DNA from: an uncultured Spirochaetota bacterium
Lineage (GTDB): Bacteria > Spirochaetota > Spirochaetia > SZUA-6 > Fen-1364
Length of the DNA: 64,000 bases
Assembly: GCA_963781885.1 (NCBI GenBank)
Contig: CAWAHW010000006.1
Location: 224,001-288,000 of the forward strand
Direction: 5' to 3'
Shown: one piece after another, positions 49,104 through 58,184 of the stretch
Layout: each line of letters begins with the position of its first letter
Numbering within the stretch: position 1 is the stretch's first letter
Notes under the pieces: generated by a model
Told to the model about the DNA's origin: nothing
The model's input: the letters and a program-made list of their open reading frames with translations, nothing else
Database searches by the model: none
Program-made: the position numbers and the translations under genes

Positions 49104-49923
49104 TCGCTTTCGAAAGCGAGGCTGATCTCACGCGCCAGGCTCGGCGGGTCCAGCAGGGGCCACAGATGCACGCCTTCGATCGTGCGAAACCGAGCGCGGG
49201 GGAGAACGGCGTGGAGGCTTGCGGCGGATCCAGGAAAGAAGACGTCCCGGTCGGCGGTCAGCACGACCGCGGGCACGTTCGCGGTCCTGCAGGCGCCGGA
49301 CAGGCGAAAACAGCGCACGACCAGACGGAGGAGTCTCCGTTGAAAAAGGACCCAGCGTAAACCGTTGAGAACGTAATCGCGCGCGACACGCGCGAAGATG
49401 CGGGTCGTCCCCTTCCTCATCGACACGCGCAGGCCGCCCACCGCTTCGCGCGCGACGCGCACGAGCACCCCCCCGTGGCGGTAGCGCTCGCCGCCCTCCG
49501 CGGGGCTCAGGAGCACGAGGGATTCGAGGTCGGGGAGCCCGGGGGCGAGCTGCAGGGCGATGCCGCCCCCGAACGAGTAGCCGATCATGCGCCTGATCCG
49601 GAAAGCCCGCTCGTCGAGCAGCCGGCGCATGAGCGCCGCATAGGTGGTGAAGTCCCAGATGCCCGGTCAGGGAAATCCGACCGCCCGAAACCGGGAATCT
49701 CCGGTACGAGCACCTCGTGATCGCGCGCGAGAAAGAGGATGACGTCGCGGAATGTCGAGGCGGGGAGACCCGCGCCGTGGAGAAAGAGCAGGGGCGTGCC
49801 CTCCCCGACGACCCAGTAGCGGAGCGTGAAGCCGTCCGCGCGGAAAGTGTGCGCCACGCCCCGAGGGAACACGCGCGCCGCGCGAGATGCGCGGCGGTGC
49901 CGGCGGAAAGGGCCCCGCGTCAA
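49079..49923 (-). CDS. alpha/beta hydrolase (frameshift at about 49665; start uncertain)
   Basis: LHGAG, PGFGRS, GYSFGG nucleophile elbow, D and H of the catalytic triad. Confidence 0.75.
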
Positions 49924-49942
49924 TGCGCGCGCACCGCCATGC

Positions 49943-50725
49943 TCAGACGACGCTCCACCCCAGCGTCGAATCGAGGATCCCGTACGTGGTGTCCACGATG
50001 ATGACGACGATGAGGTTGATGACGATGGATTTCGTCGTTGTCTTGCCCAGCTCCACCGCGCCGCCCTGGAAATAGAAGCCCAGGCCGCAGGCGTTCATGC
50101 CGACGAAGAATGCCATGATCATGCAGCGGATGTAGGAGGTCGTGAGGATGCGCGTCGTGAGGATGGAAAAGGCATGCTGGAGAAAGATCGGGATGGAGAT
50201 GTCGAAAAAGAGCAGGCCGAAGAACATCGCTGCCACGATCGCCACCGCGTCCGTGAGGGCCTTCAGGAGCGGGAGACAGAGTATGGCGGCGAGGACCCGG
50301 GGAATCACGATCTGCTGGGTCGGCTCCACCGCCATGAGGCGCAGCACGTCGAGCTGGCTCGTCATCTGCATGGAACCGATCTCCACGGTGAAACCCGTGC
50401 CGATGCGCGCGGCAAATATCATCGCGCCGACCATGGTGGTCGACTCCGACAGGATGAGGAAGATGCCCGCCGCGCCGCTCCAGTACACGACGCTGAACTT
50501 GGCGCCGTACCAGCCGGCGAGCCAGCCGAACATCGCGCCCTGGACGATGGCGGCCACCACCATGGTGCCGAAGGCCTCCAGGATGACGCGCCCGATCTGA
50601 TCGCCAAGCTGTCGGATGGGGAACGGCTCCCGCAGCAGCCAATAGAAGAAGCTGCGGTACATGCGGACCGCGGATTTCGCTGCGTAGCGCCATTCGCCCG
50701 TCGGGAGTCCGTCTGCCCGTGTCAT
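49943..50725 (-). CDS. mlaE: MlaE-family ABC transporter permease
   Basis: ARIGTGFTVEIGSM, QLDVLRLM, IPRV, GGAVELGKTTTKSIV. Confidence 0.85.
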   Translation of the reverse strand: MTRADGLPTGEWRYAAKSAVRMYRSFFYWLLREPFPIRQLGDQIGRVILEAFGTMVVAAIVQGAMFGWLAGWYGAKFSVVYWSGAAGIFLILSESTTMVGAMIFAARIGTGFTVEIGSMQMTSQLDVLRLMAVEPTQQIVIPRVLAAILCLPLLKALTDAVAIVAAMFFGLLFFDISIPIFLQHAFSILTTRILTTSYIRCMIMAFFVGMNACGLGFYFQGGAVELGKTTTKSIVINLIVVIIVDTTYGILDSTLGWSVV

Positions 50726-50783
50726 GCGCCGTGAGAATACGGGCAGACCGCGCCGCTGTCAAGGCGACGCGGAGGCCGGCCGC

Positions 50784-51734
50784 TCACCTTTTCGTCATGC
50801 GGCAGACGAAGAAGCCCTCGCGCTCGGCATCGGGGAACACCCGTATCGCGCGCGCGACCCGGGGATCCAGCCCACGCACCATGCCGGCAAAGACGCCGGG
50901 AATGGAAACCGGGATTGCGCACGGCTCCAGCGGAAGGCGGCGAAGGGCCCAGTCCAGCATGAGCTCGTTTTCCTCCCGGTTCAGCGTGCAGGTGGAGTAC
51001 ACGAGGGTGCCGCCCGGTTTGAGCGCCCGGGCACCGCTTTCCAGCAGCTTCCGCTGCAGCCGCGCGGACTCCGCCACGGCGCGCGTCGACCATGCGCGGG
51101 AGGTGCCCGGCTCGAACACGATGAAACGCCCCTCCCCCGAGCAGGGAACATCGAGCAGCACACGGTCGAAGCTTTCCGGCATCAGCTCGCCGATCCTTTC
51201 CCCCCGGCCCACGGTCACCTCCACGATCCGGCAGCCCTGGAGACGCACGTTGTAGGACAGCCGCTCGGCCCGTACGGCGTTCAATTCGTTGGCGAGTATC
51301 CTCCCCTCGTTTCGCATGAGCGCCGCCATGTGAGTCGTCTTGCTGCCCGGGGCGGCAGCGATGTCGAGCACGGTCTCGCCGGGCAGGGGGGCGAGTGCGA
51401 GCGCGGGGATCATGCTGGAGAGGCTCTGGAGGTAGATGCGGCCTTCCGCGTAGAGGTCCCAGGCGGCGACGTCCCGCTCCGTCGCCTCCGTGAGGACGAA
51501 CGCGTCAGGATACCAGGGGACACGACGGTGCTTCACCGCGTGCTCCCGGAAGAAGCGCAGGAGCGCCGCGGCGTCGCCCCGCAGCGTATTCACCCGCAGG
51601 CTCGTCGCGCGGCGCGCCCCCATGCCGCGGAGGATCTTCTCCGCGACGGCCTGGGGGAATGTCGCGTCGAGGCTGTCGATGAACTCGCGCGGGAGGCGCC
51701 GGCGCGCCTCCCCGATCGATGCGGGGGAGGTCAC
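50784..51734 (-). CDS. RsmB/RsmF (NOL1/NOP2) RNA m5C methyltransferase
   Basis: RVNTL, QSLSSM, DIAAAPGSKT, DVPCSGEG, YSTCT..ENE; start 51734 or 51764. Confidence 0.92.
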   Translation of the reverse strand: MTSPASIGEARRRLPREFIDSLDATFPQAVAEKILRGMGARRATSLRVNTLRGDAAALLRFFREHAVKHRRVPWYPDAFVLTEATERDVAAWDLYAEGRIYLQSLSSMIPALALAPLPGETVLDIAAAPGSKTTHMAALMRNEGRILANELNAVRAERLSYNVRLQGCRIVEVTVGRGERIGELMPESFDRVLLDVPCSGEGRFIVFEPGTSRAWSTRAVAESARLQRKLLESGARALKPGGTLVYSTCTLNREENELMLDWALRRLPLEPCAIPVSIPGVFAGMVRGLDPRVARAIRVFPDAEREGFFVCRMTKR

Positions 51735-51807
51735 GCCCCACTGTAGCACGGGGAGGCTTGACATTTGCAGGCGCCGACCGTACTTTCACCGCCGGCGAAG
51801 AATCCCC

Positions 51808-52773
51808 ATGCACGCCTCATTTTCCCTTGCGACTTCCTGGCGGACACTGAGAGAGGTCGCGCGGCCTGCGCGCGTCGCCGGCCGTTTTCTGCGCGGGCTC
51901 GCCGGGCTTGTCATCATCGGCCACGCGGTGCTGTTCCTCGTGATTCTCCTCGCGAGCCTCCTGCTCCTGCGATGGAATCCGCCCGTGACCGCGCTCATGG
52001 TGTATCGCGCCGTCACCGGCGGGCACCACGCCCAGCCCGTGCGATTCGTGCCGCTGCGCCAGATCCCGCGCGTCGCGCGCCTCATGACGATACGGCTGGA
52101 GGACTATCACTTCTACCAACACCACGGGGTTGATCTCGGCGCCCTGCGCGAAGCCTGGCAGATCAACTCTTCCATTGGACGGACCGCGGTCGGCGGCAGC
52201 ACCATCCCGATGCAGCTCGCGCGTAATCTCTTCCTCACACCGCGCAAGACCTACTTCCGCAAGTACATGGAGTCCCTGATTGCCCTGGAGATGGACACCC
52301 TCATGCCCAAGGACCGCATCCTCGAGCTGTACCTGAACTGCATCGAATGGGGCAGGGGAATCTTCGGCATCGGCGCAGCCTCGTCGTACTACTACAAGGC
52401 CGGCGTGGGGGCGCTCGGACTGGACGAGCTGCGGCGCCTCGTGACCATCATCACCAACCCCCTGCGCTACAACGTGCAGACCTTCCCCCGCAGCGCCCAG
52501 ATGGCGCAACGGTACGCGTTCCTTGAAAGCAGGTTCCCCGACCCGTCCTCCGAGCCCGCGGAGACCGGCCCCGTTGCGCTTGTTCCGGATGCCCCCGCGT
52601 CGGATGCCGACGCCGGCGTCGCCGGGCCGCCGGGGCCTGCCGACGCCGTGCCGACGCAGGCAGCGCCGGGCGCTGCCGACGCGGTGCCTGTCCCCTCGCC
52701 GCGCGACGTTCCCGCCGCGGTTCCCGAGGCAAGGACGGCAACGCCTCCCGCGCCTGCCACGATCCAACAGTGA
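51808..52773 (+). CDS. mtgA: monofunctional peptidoglycan transglycosylase with Pro/Ala-rich tail
   Basis: EDYHFYQHHGVD, GGSTIPMQLARNLF, RK, LYLNCIEWG; promoter TTGACA-17-TACTTT. Confidence 0.88.
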   Translation: MHASFSLATSWRTLREVARPARVAGRFLRGLAGLVIIGHAVLFLVILLASLLLLRWNPPVTALMVYRAVTGGHHAQPVRFVPLRQIPRVARLMTIRLEDYHFYQHHGVDLGALREAWQINSSIGRTAVGGSTIPMQLARNLFLTPRKTYFRKYMESLIALEMDTLMPKDRILELYLNCIEWGRGIFGIGAASSYYYKAGVGALGLDELRRLVTIITNPLRYNVQTFPRSAQMAQRYAFLESRFPDPSSEPAETGPVALVPDAPASDADAGVAGPPGPADAVPTQAAPGAADAVPVPSPRDVPAAVPEARTATPPAPATIQQ

Positions 52774-52807
52774 CTTCGCGGCGCTCTCCCGTCTATACTG
52801 CGCGGGT

Positions 52808-53574
52808 ATGATCGTCATATCGGGAATCGTGACCGGGGTTTTTTTGTCACCCCTGGTTTTCGTTCTCCTTTTCGGCGTCGCCCTCCTCCTGGTGGCGCTG
52901 CGCAGGCTCCGGGCGGGTCTCTGGCTCCTCGGCGCGTCGACTGCGCTGCTTCTCCTCCTGTCCCTCACCGTCGTGAGCAACGGCGTCCTGCGTCCCCTGG
53001 AAAGGAGATGGCCGCCCTTTCCGGCAAAGCCTCCGACGGTCGACGCCATCGTCGTGCTGGGCGGCGGCGTGCGGCAGGCGGGTGGCTGATGCGCCGGGCG
53101 GGGTGAGGCTCGAATGAGGAGTCTCTCGCGCGCGTGCTCTCCGCGTCGATTCTTTTCAAGAGGCTGGGGGTACCGGTCATCGTTTCCGGCGGCGTGACCT
53201 GGCAGGAGCGCTTCGGTCGGTCAGAAGCAGAGGTCGCCGCGGCGATGCTCGCCACCCTCGGCGTTCCCGCGGCTGACGTGATCCAGGAGGGAAGGAGCCG
53301 TACCACCCGGGAGAACGCGGCCGAAACGGCGAAGATCATGCGCGGGAAGGGCATGACGCGAATCGCGCTCGTCACCTCCGCCGTTCACATGCCGCGGGCG
53401 ATGCGTGCGTTCGCGCGGGAGGGCATCACCTGCGTGCCCGCCCCGACGAGCTATCGCGCCCAGGAGAAATTCCACGGCGTGATTGATTTCCTGCCGAGCT
53501 TTGACGCGCTGCGGGATTGCTTTGACGCTTTCCGCGAGTACTGCGGCATCGTGCTGTACGCGGTCCGCGGATGA
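52808..53574 (+). CDS. YdcF/ElyC (DUF218) protein (two frameshifts at about 53080 and 53112)
   Basis: TMs, AIVVLGGG, SGG, EAE, SRTTRENA, LVTSAVHMPRA. Confidence 0.85.
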
Positions 53575-53601
53575 GAGCGCCGCCGGGGCCCGACCTGCCT
53601 T

Positions 53602-53883
53602 CTACTTCCTGTCGATCTCTTTCCTGTGCGTGTCGCAGAGGCGATAGAGCGCGCCCGTGAGCGGATTCTTCCTCGTCACCTTGGCCCCGCAGCGGACGCA
53701 GAGTCCGTTGTCGCGTCTCTTGCGGTACAGGAGCGCGGAACGCTCCGTACCGGAAGATTTGTAGCGGCTCACCTGCACTCTATAACCCTTGAAAAGCCAG
53801 GTGCCGATGGCTTTTTCATTGCCGATCTTCAGATCGGCAATGACCCTTTTCAGGGCATCCGGCGTAATTTTCCTCGGTTCCAT
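53602..53883 (-). CDS. small basic hypothetical protein with C-terminal CxxC...CxxH motif
   Basis: 93 aa; GLCVRCG...RLCDTH; GAGGGAGG SD. Confidence 0.75.
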   Translation of the reverse strand: MEPRKITPDALKRVIADLKIGNEKAIGTWLFKGYRVQVSRYKSSGTERSALLYRKRRDNGLCVRCGAKVTRKNPLTGALYRLCDTHRKEIDRK

Positions 53884-53966
53884 TGCGTGCCCTCCCTCTC
53901 ACTTTGTGGATACCGAGAAGATAGTCCGCGTCGTGGGAGAAGGCAAGCAAACGGGGTGTCAGGCGT

Positions 53967-54696
53967 TCACAGCGTGCCGGACGCCCGTTCGAGGTTGAGG
54001 GTGCCAAGGTCCAGCAGCTTGTCGCTGCGGATGTAATCGTGGACGAAGAACTCCCCCGCGATCTTCAGCGTTTTCTTGAAAGAAAGCGGCCGATGGCCGG
54101 CATGGGAGAAGCCGATGCGCAGCTCGACGCGCATGCTCTCCGATTCCCCCATCTCCACCTGGGGCCAGAAGCTGAAGTAGCCGCGGGTCTGTTCGTTGGT
54201 GGTATACGGATTGCGCCACCCCGGTTCCGCGGGAATGGGAGACCCGGTAATTGATCCAGAGCGTCGCCTCCGCGGCGATCACCGGCACGCCGTCGCCGGC
54301 ATCCACGACGCGCCCGAATATGTGCGGCATGTTGTAGAAGTAGGTGAGATGCATCGGCGTGTCGTCCCCCGTCGGGGCAGGCTCCGGGCGCCGGTGCGGC
54401 ACCGGGGCAACGTCCCGCCGGCGCCGGGCGACCACCTCCACGGCGCGGTTGACCAGCGTGATCAGCTCGATCACGTTCAGGAGCTTCTCTCCCTGCACGC
54501 CGTTGCCGTTGCCGGGCTGCACGAACTCATGGGTGAACCCGCGCTCCGAGGTGATGTATTTGGGGGGAATGCGGTTGAGCGCGTATGCGGCCACGTCCAG
54601 AATGAAGGAACGGGTCGGGTGGATGTCCGTCCTGTCCTTCAGGACGATTTTCGCCGTCTCCAGGACAAGGTCCTCATTGTAATTCTTCAGTCGCAT
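53967..54696 (-). CDS. ComFB (late competence) domain protein with C-terminal extension (frameshift at about 54238)
   Basis: KNYNEDLV...DVAAYALNRIPPKY; the extension NPY...GYFSFWP lies in the shifted frame. Confidence 0.82.
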
Positions 54697-54892
54697 CTGG
54701 GGGTGGAATCCTTTTCACCTCAATTGTATCACCTTCTTTTCGCCGCATCCGTTTTTTTTATAGCGGCTCCGGCCGCCCTCCGTGTTGCCATTCTTTCCCT
54801 GCCATCCTATAGTCGTTCCGCCATGGAACCCTCCGCGCGCCTCGACCCCGCACTGGATGCCGCCCGAGCGCGTTATGCGCGGGGGTGATGCT

Positions 54893-55579
54893 GTGGATGT
54901 GACCTCCCGCGGTCTCCCGTCCCGCATTCGCGCCTTTCTTTATGATTTCGACGACACCATCGTGGAAAGCGAGCGCATCAATGCGGAGCTTTTCAGCGGG
55001 CTTCTGAGCCGCGGGTACGGCGTGGAGCTGTCTCCCGCCGAAACGGACTACCTGTATGGGCTCTCCTGGACGGGTGTTTTCGACTGGCTGGCCGCCGACA
55101 AGGGGCTCCGCGCGGCCCGCGGCGAGGTATGGGAGCGATTCATGGAGGACAAGGCGCAGCTTCTCTCGCGGCGGAAGCTCCGCACGGCGCGGGGCCTTTC
55201 GCTCATGCTCGCGCTCCCCGTGCCCCACGTCATTGTCAGCGGCTCCACGCTCCCCGAGCTCCGCCTCATGATGGAGAATATCGGGCTCGACCCGCGCCTT
55301 TTTCGATTCATCATCAGCGACGAGGACTGCGCGCGGGGAAAACCCAATCCCGACGGATTCCAGGAGGCCTTGCGGCGGCTTGCCCTGCCCGCCGCGCGGG
55401 TTCTTGTCTTCGAGGATTCCGTTCCCGGTCTCCAGGCCGCGCGCGCGGCGGGCATTCCCGCGGCATTTGTCGCCGAGCTTGCCTCGGGCCGCGGGGCGTC
55501 CATCGCGCAGATCCGCTTCCCGACGCTGGAGGACGCCTGGGCCGCGGTGAAGGGCAGGGTCGAAGAAGCCGTCGTGTAG
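54893..55579 (+). CDS. HAD family phosphatase
   Basis: YDFDDTIVES, VSGS, KPNPD, FEDS; start uncertain. Confidence 0.88.
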   Translation: MDVTSRGLPSRIRAFLYDFDDTIVESERINAELFSGLLSRGYGVELSPAETDYLYGLSWTGVFDWLAADKGLRAARGEVWERFMEDKAQLLSRRKLRTARGLSLMLALPVPHVIVSGSTLPELRLMMENIGLDPRLFRFIISDEDCARGKPNPDGFQEALRRLALPAARVLVFEDSVPGLQAARAAGIPAAFVAELASGRGASIAQIRFPTLEDAWAAVKGRVEEAVV

Positions 55580-55616
55580 CTTTCTTTACCGGCCCGGCTC
55601 TGGTAGGATCATACGC

Positions 55617-57557
55617 ATGCAGAAAAGGACCTTGTTTCATCTCCTGCGGGAAACGGTGAAGACCCATCCCGATGCGGTCTACATGCGCGAACGCACCTCC
55701 CAGGGCTGGCGCGACTCCAGCTTCCGTGCCATTGCGGAGGAGGCGCGGGACGTCGCCGGCTTCCTCCTGTCGCGCGGCCTGGCCCCGCGGGACAGGGTGT
55801 CCCTTCTCGCGGAGGGCAGAAACTCCTGGATCGCCGCCGAGCTCGGCATCCTCCTGGCCGGCGGCATCAGCGTGCCGATATCGGTGAAGATCAAGGAGAG
55901 AGGCGAGATCCTTTTCCGCGTGAAGCATTCCGCGTCGCGCTTCGCCATCACCTCGGCGATGCATGCGGAAAAGATCGCCACGCTCGTGGGCGACCTGCCC
56001 GACCTGTGCGGCATCCTCTGCATGGACGACGTGTCCCTTTCCGTCGCGACGCGCGTGCCGCTCGTGCCATGGACGGAGGTGCGCGCGGCGGGTGATTCGT
56101 GGGCGTCCGGGCACGCCGCGGAGATGGAAAGGATCGAGGAGGAGGCGCGGGAGGACGACCCCGTGACCCTCACGTATACCTCGGGCACCACGGCGGAGCC
56201 CAAGGGCATCCTCCTGTCCCACAGGAATTACTACGTGAACGTGGAGAACGCCGACGCCATGTTTCCGCTTCCTCCTCCGCTGTACATGCTGCTCATCCTT
56301 CCCTGGGACCATTCGTTCGGCCATACCGCGGGTCTCTTCCTCTTCATCAAGAAGGTGAGCGTGATTGCCGCGGTGGAACCGGCCAAGACGGAGCTGGGCA
56401 CGATCCGCAACATACCGAAGAACCTGAAGGAGATCGGGCCGACCTACCTCCTCGTCGTGCCGGCGCTCGTGGAGAATTTTCGCAAGAACATCATCGGCCA
56501 GGTCCGCCAGAAAGGAGGGCTCAGCGCCGCGATGTTCTTTCTCACCATCAGGCTCGGCACGCGCGTGAACGGCGACGGCTACCGCAAGAGGCGGGACCCG
56601 TTGTCGCTCCTGGCCTGGCCGGTATACGTCCTCCTGCGCGCGGTCGTGCGCGGCAGCGTCCGCGCGTCACTGGGCGGCAGGATCGTCTTCATGGTGTCGG
56701 GGGGCTCGGCCTGCTCGATCGACCACGTGCGCTGGTTCAGCGCGCTGGGCATACCCGTCTACCAGGGCTACGGCCTCTCGGAGACCAGTCCCATCATCGC
56801 GTCGAACACGCACGTGCGCGGGTACTTCAAGATCGGTTCGTCCGGCAGGCCCAGCCCCTGGGCGGAGGTGCGCATCGTGAACGATGCCGGCGCGGAGCTC
56901 CCGCGCGGCGAGACGGGCGAGATCTGGGTGCGCGGGGAATGCGTGATGCTCGGCTACTGGCAGAATGAAACGGCCACGGCCGAGGCGATCACTGACGGCT
57001 GGTTTCACACGGGCGACCTCGGGTACATGGATGCCGACAGCTTCCTCTTTGTCGTCGGTCGGATCAAGAGTCTCCTCGTGGGGGCAAATGGCGAAAAGTA
57101 CTCCCCCGAAGCGCTGGAGCAGCACCTCGTGGACACGGTGCCGACATTCCAGCAGGTGATGCTCTACAACCAGCAGGACCCCTACACGGTGGCCCTCGTG
57201 GTCCCCGAGCCGGGGAACGCGCGCACTCTCATCGGCAAGGACGGCACGGCCGAGCTCACCGATGCGGACCTGGACCGCGCCCTCGATGCCATGCGGCAGG
57301 CGCTGCTGCGCTACCGCAAGGACCCGTTGCTCTCGTCGCAGTTCGTCTCCACGTGGACGCCGCGGACGTTCGCTCTGGTGCCCGAGCCGTTCGCGGAAGA
57401 CAACGGGATGATGAACGCGTCGATGAAGGTGGTGCGCCGCGCCATCGTCGCCCGCTACCGGGAGCGCATCCGCAGGCTCTACGGGGAGGAGGACGATCCC
57501 CTCAATGACGCCAACAGGGAGGTGCTCCGCGCGTGGCTCTCCGGTCCGCGCGGATGA
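55617..57557 (+). CDS. long-chain fatty acid--CoA ligase
   Basis: YTSGTTAEPKG, GYGLSET, FHTGDLG, GRIK. Confidence 0.92.
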   Translation: MQKRTLFHLLRETVKTHPDAVYMRERTSQGWRDSSFRAIAEEARDVAGFLLSRGLAPRDRVSLLAEGRNSWIAAELGILLAGGISVPISVKIKERGEILFRVKHSASRFAITSAMHAEKIATLVGDLPDLCGILCMDDVSLSVATRVPLVPWTEVRAAGDSWASGHAAEMERIEEEAREDDPVTLTYTSGTTAEPKGILLSHRNYYVNVENADAMFPLPPPLYMLLILPWDHSFGHTAGLFLFIKKVSVIAAVEPAKTELGTIRNIPKNLKEIGPTYLLVVPALVENFRKNIIGQVRQKGGLSAAMFFLTIRLGTRVNGDGYRKRRDPLSLLAWPVYVLLRAVVRGSVRASLGGRIVFMVSGGSACSIDHVRWFSALGIPVYQGYGLSETSPIIASNTHVRGYFKIGSSGRPSPWAEVRIVNDAGAELPRGETGEIWVRGECVMLGYWQNETATAEAITDGWFHTGDLGYMDADSFLFVVGRIKSLLVGANGEKYSPEALEQHLVDTVPTFQQVMLYNQQDPYTVALVVPEPGNARTLIGKDGTAELTDADLDRALDAMRQALLRYRKDPLLSSQFVSTWTPRTFALVPEPFAEDNGMMNASMKVVRRAIVARYRERIRRLYGEEDDPLNDANREVLRAWLSGPRG

Positions 57558-57645
57558 GGGCGCTTCTCGGCGGAAAATCCCGCGCGGAACGGCGCCGCCT
57601 TGACAGGGCCGCGCGCGACCGCGATCATCGTGCGCACAGAGGAGA

Positions 57646-58170
57646 ATGATGAAGATGTCGTTGATCGACGGGATATTCTGGGGTGCGCTCCTGATCGTCC
57701 TGGGGGTCTGGTTCCTCGTGCGTCGGTACGTGCCCGTCCACATCCCCGTGATCCGTATCCTCATTGCGGCGCTTTTCGTCTACGTCGGCATCCGCGTGCT
57801 CGTCCGCGGCCCCGTCGTCCGTGACCGCAACACGGCGGTCTTCTCCGAGTCGACCCTGCAATACGCCCCGGGCCGCGACCGCGACTACAACCTGGTCTTC
57901 TCCAGCGGCACCATCGACTTGAGCGATGCTTCAACCGCAGACACCCGCCTGCAGGTCAACGTCGTCTTCGGCAGCGGCGTCCTCCGCATCGACCCGGGCA
58001 AGCCCGTCCGCGTCGACATGTCGTCTGCCTTCGGGGAGGTGGAGGCGCCCAACGGTCGTTCGGTCGCCTTCGGGGATACGGTCTATACGACGCCGGGCTA
58101 CCGGGAGGGGGCGCCGGCGCTCCACGTCCACGCCACTGCCGTCTTCGGCAGGCTGGTCATCCGGCCGTAG
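57646..58170 (+). CDS. LiaF-like membrane protein
   Basis: 2 N-terminal TMs; repeated V/AFG beta-strand motifs. Confidence 0.65.
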   Translation: MMKMSLIDGIFWGALLIVLGVWFLVRRYVPVHIPVIRILIAALFVYVGIRVLVRGPVVRDRNTAVFSESTLQYAPGRDRDYNLVFSSGTIDLSDASTADTRLQVNVVFGSGVLRIDPGKPVRVDMSSAFGEVEAPNGRSVAFGDTVYTTPGYREGAPALHVHATAVFGRLVIRP

Positions 58171-58184
58171 GGCCCGGGGATTTT

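Noticed and set aside
52540-52773. Repeat element in the mtgA 3' end
   Set aside because: It is a low-complexity Pro/Ala tail with only imperfect ADAVP duplications.
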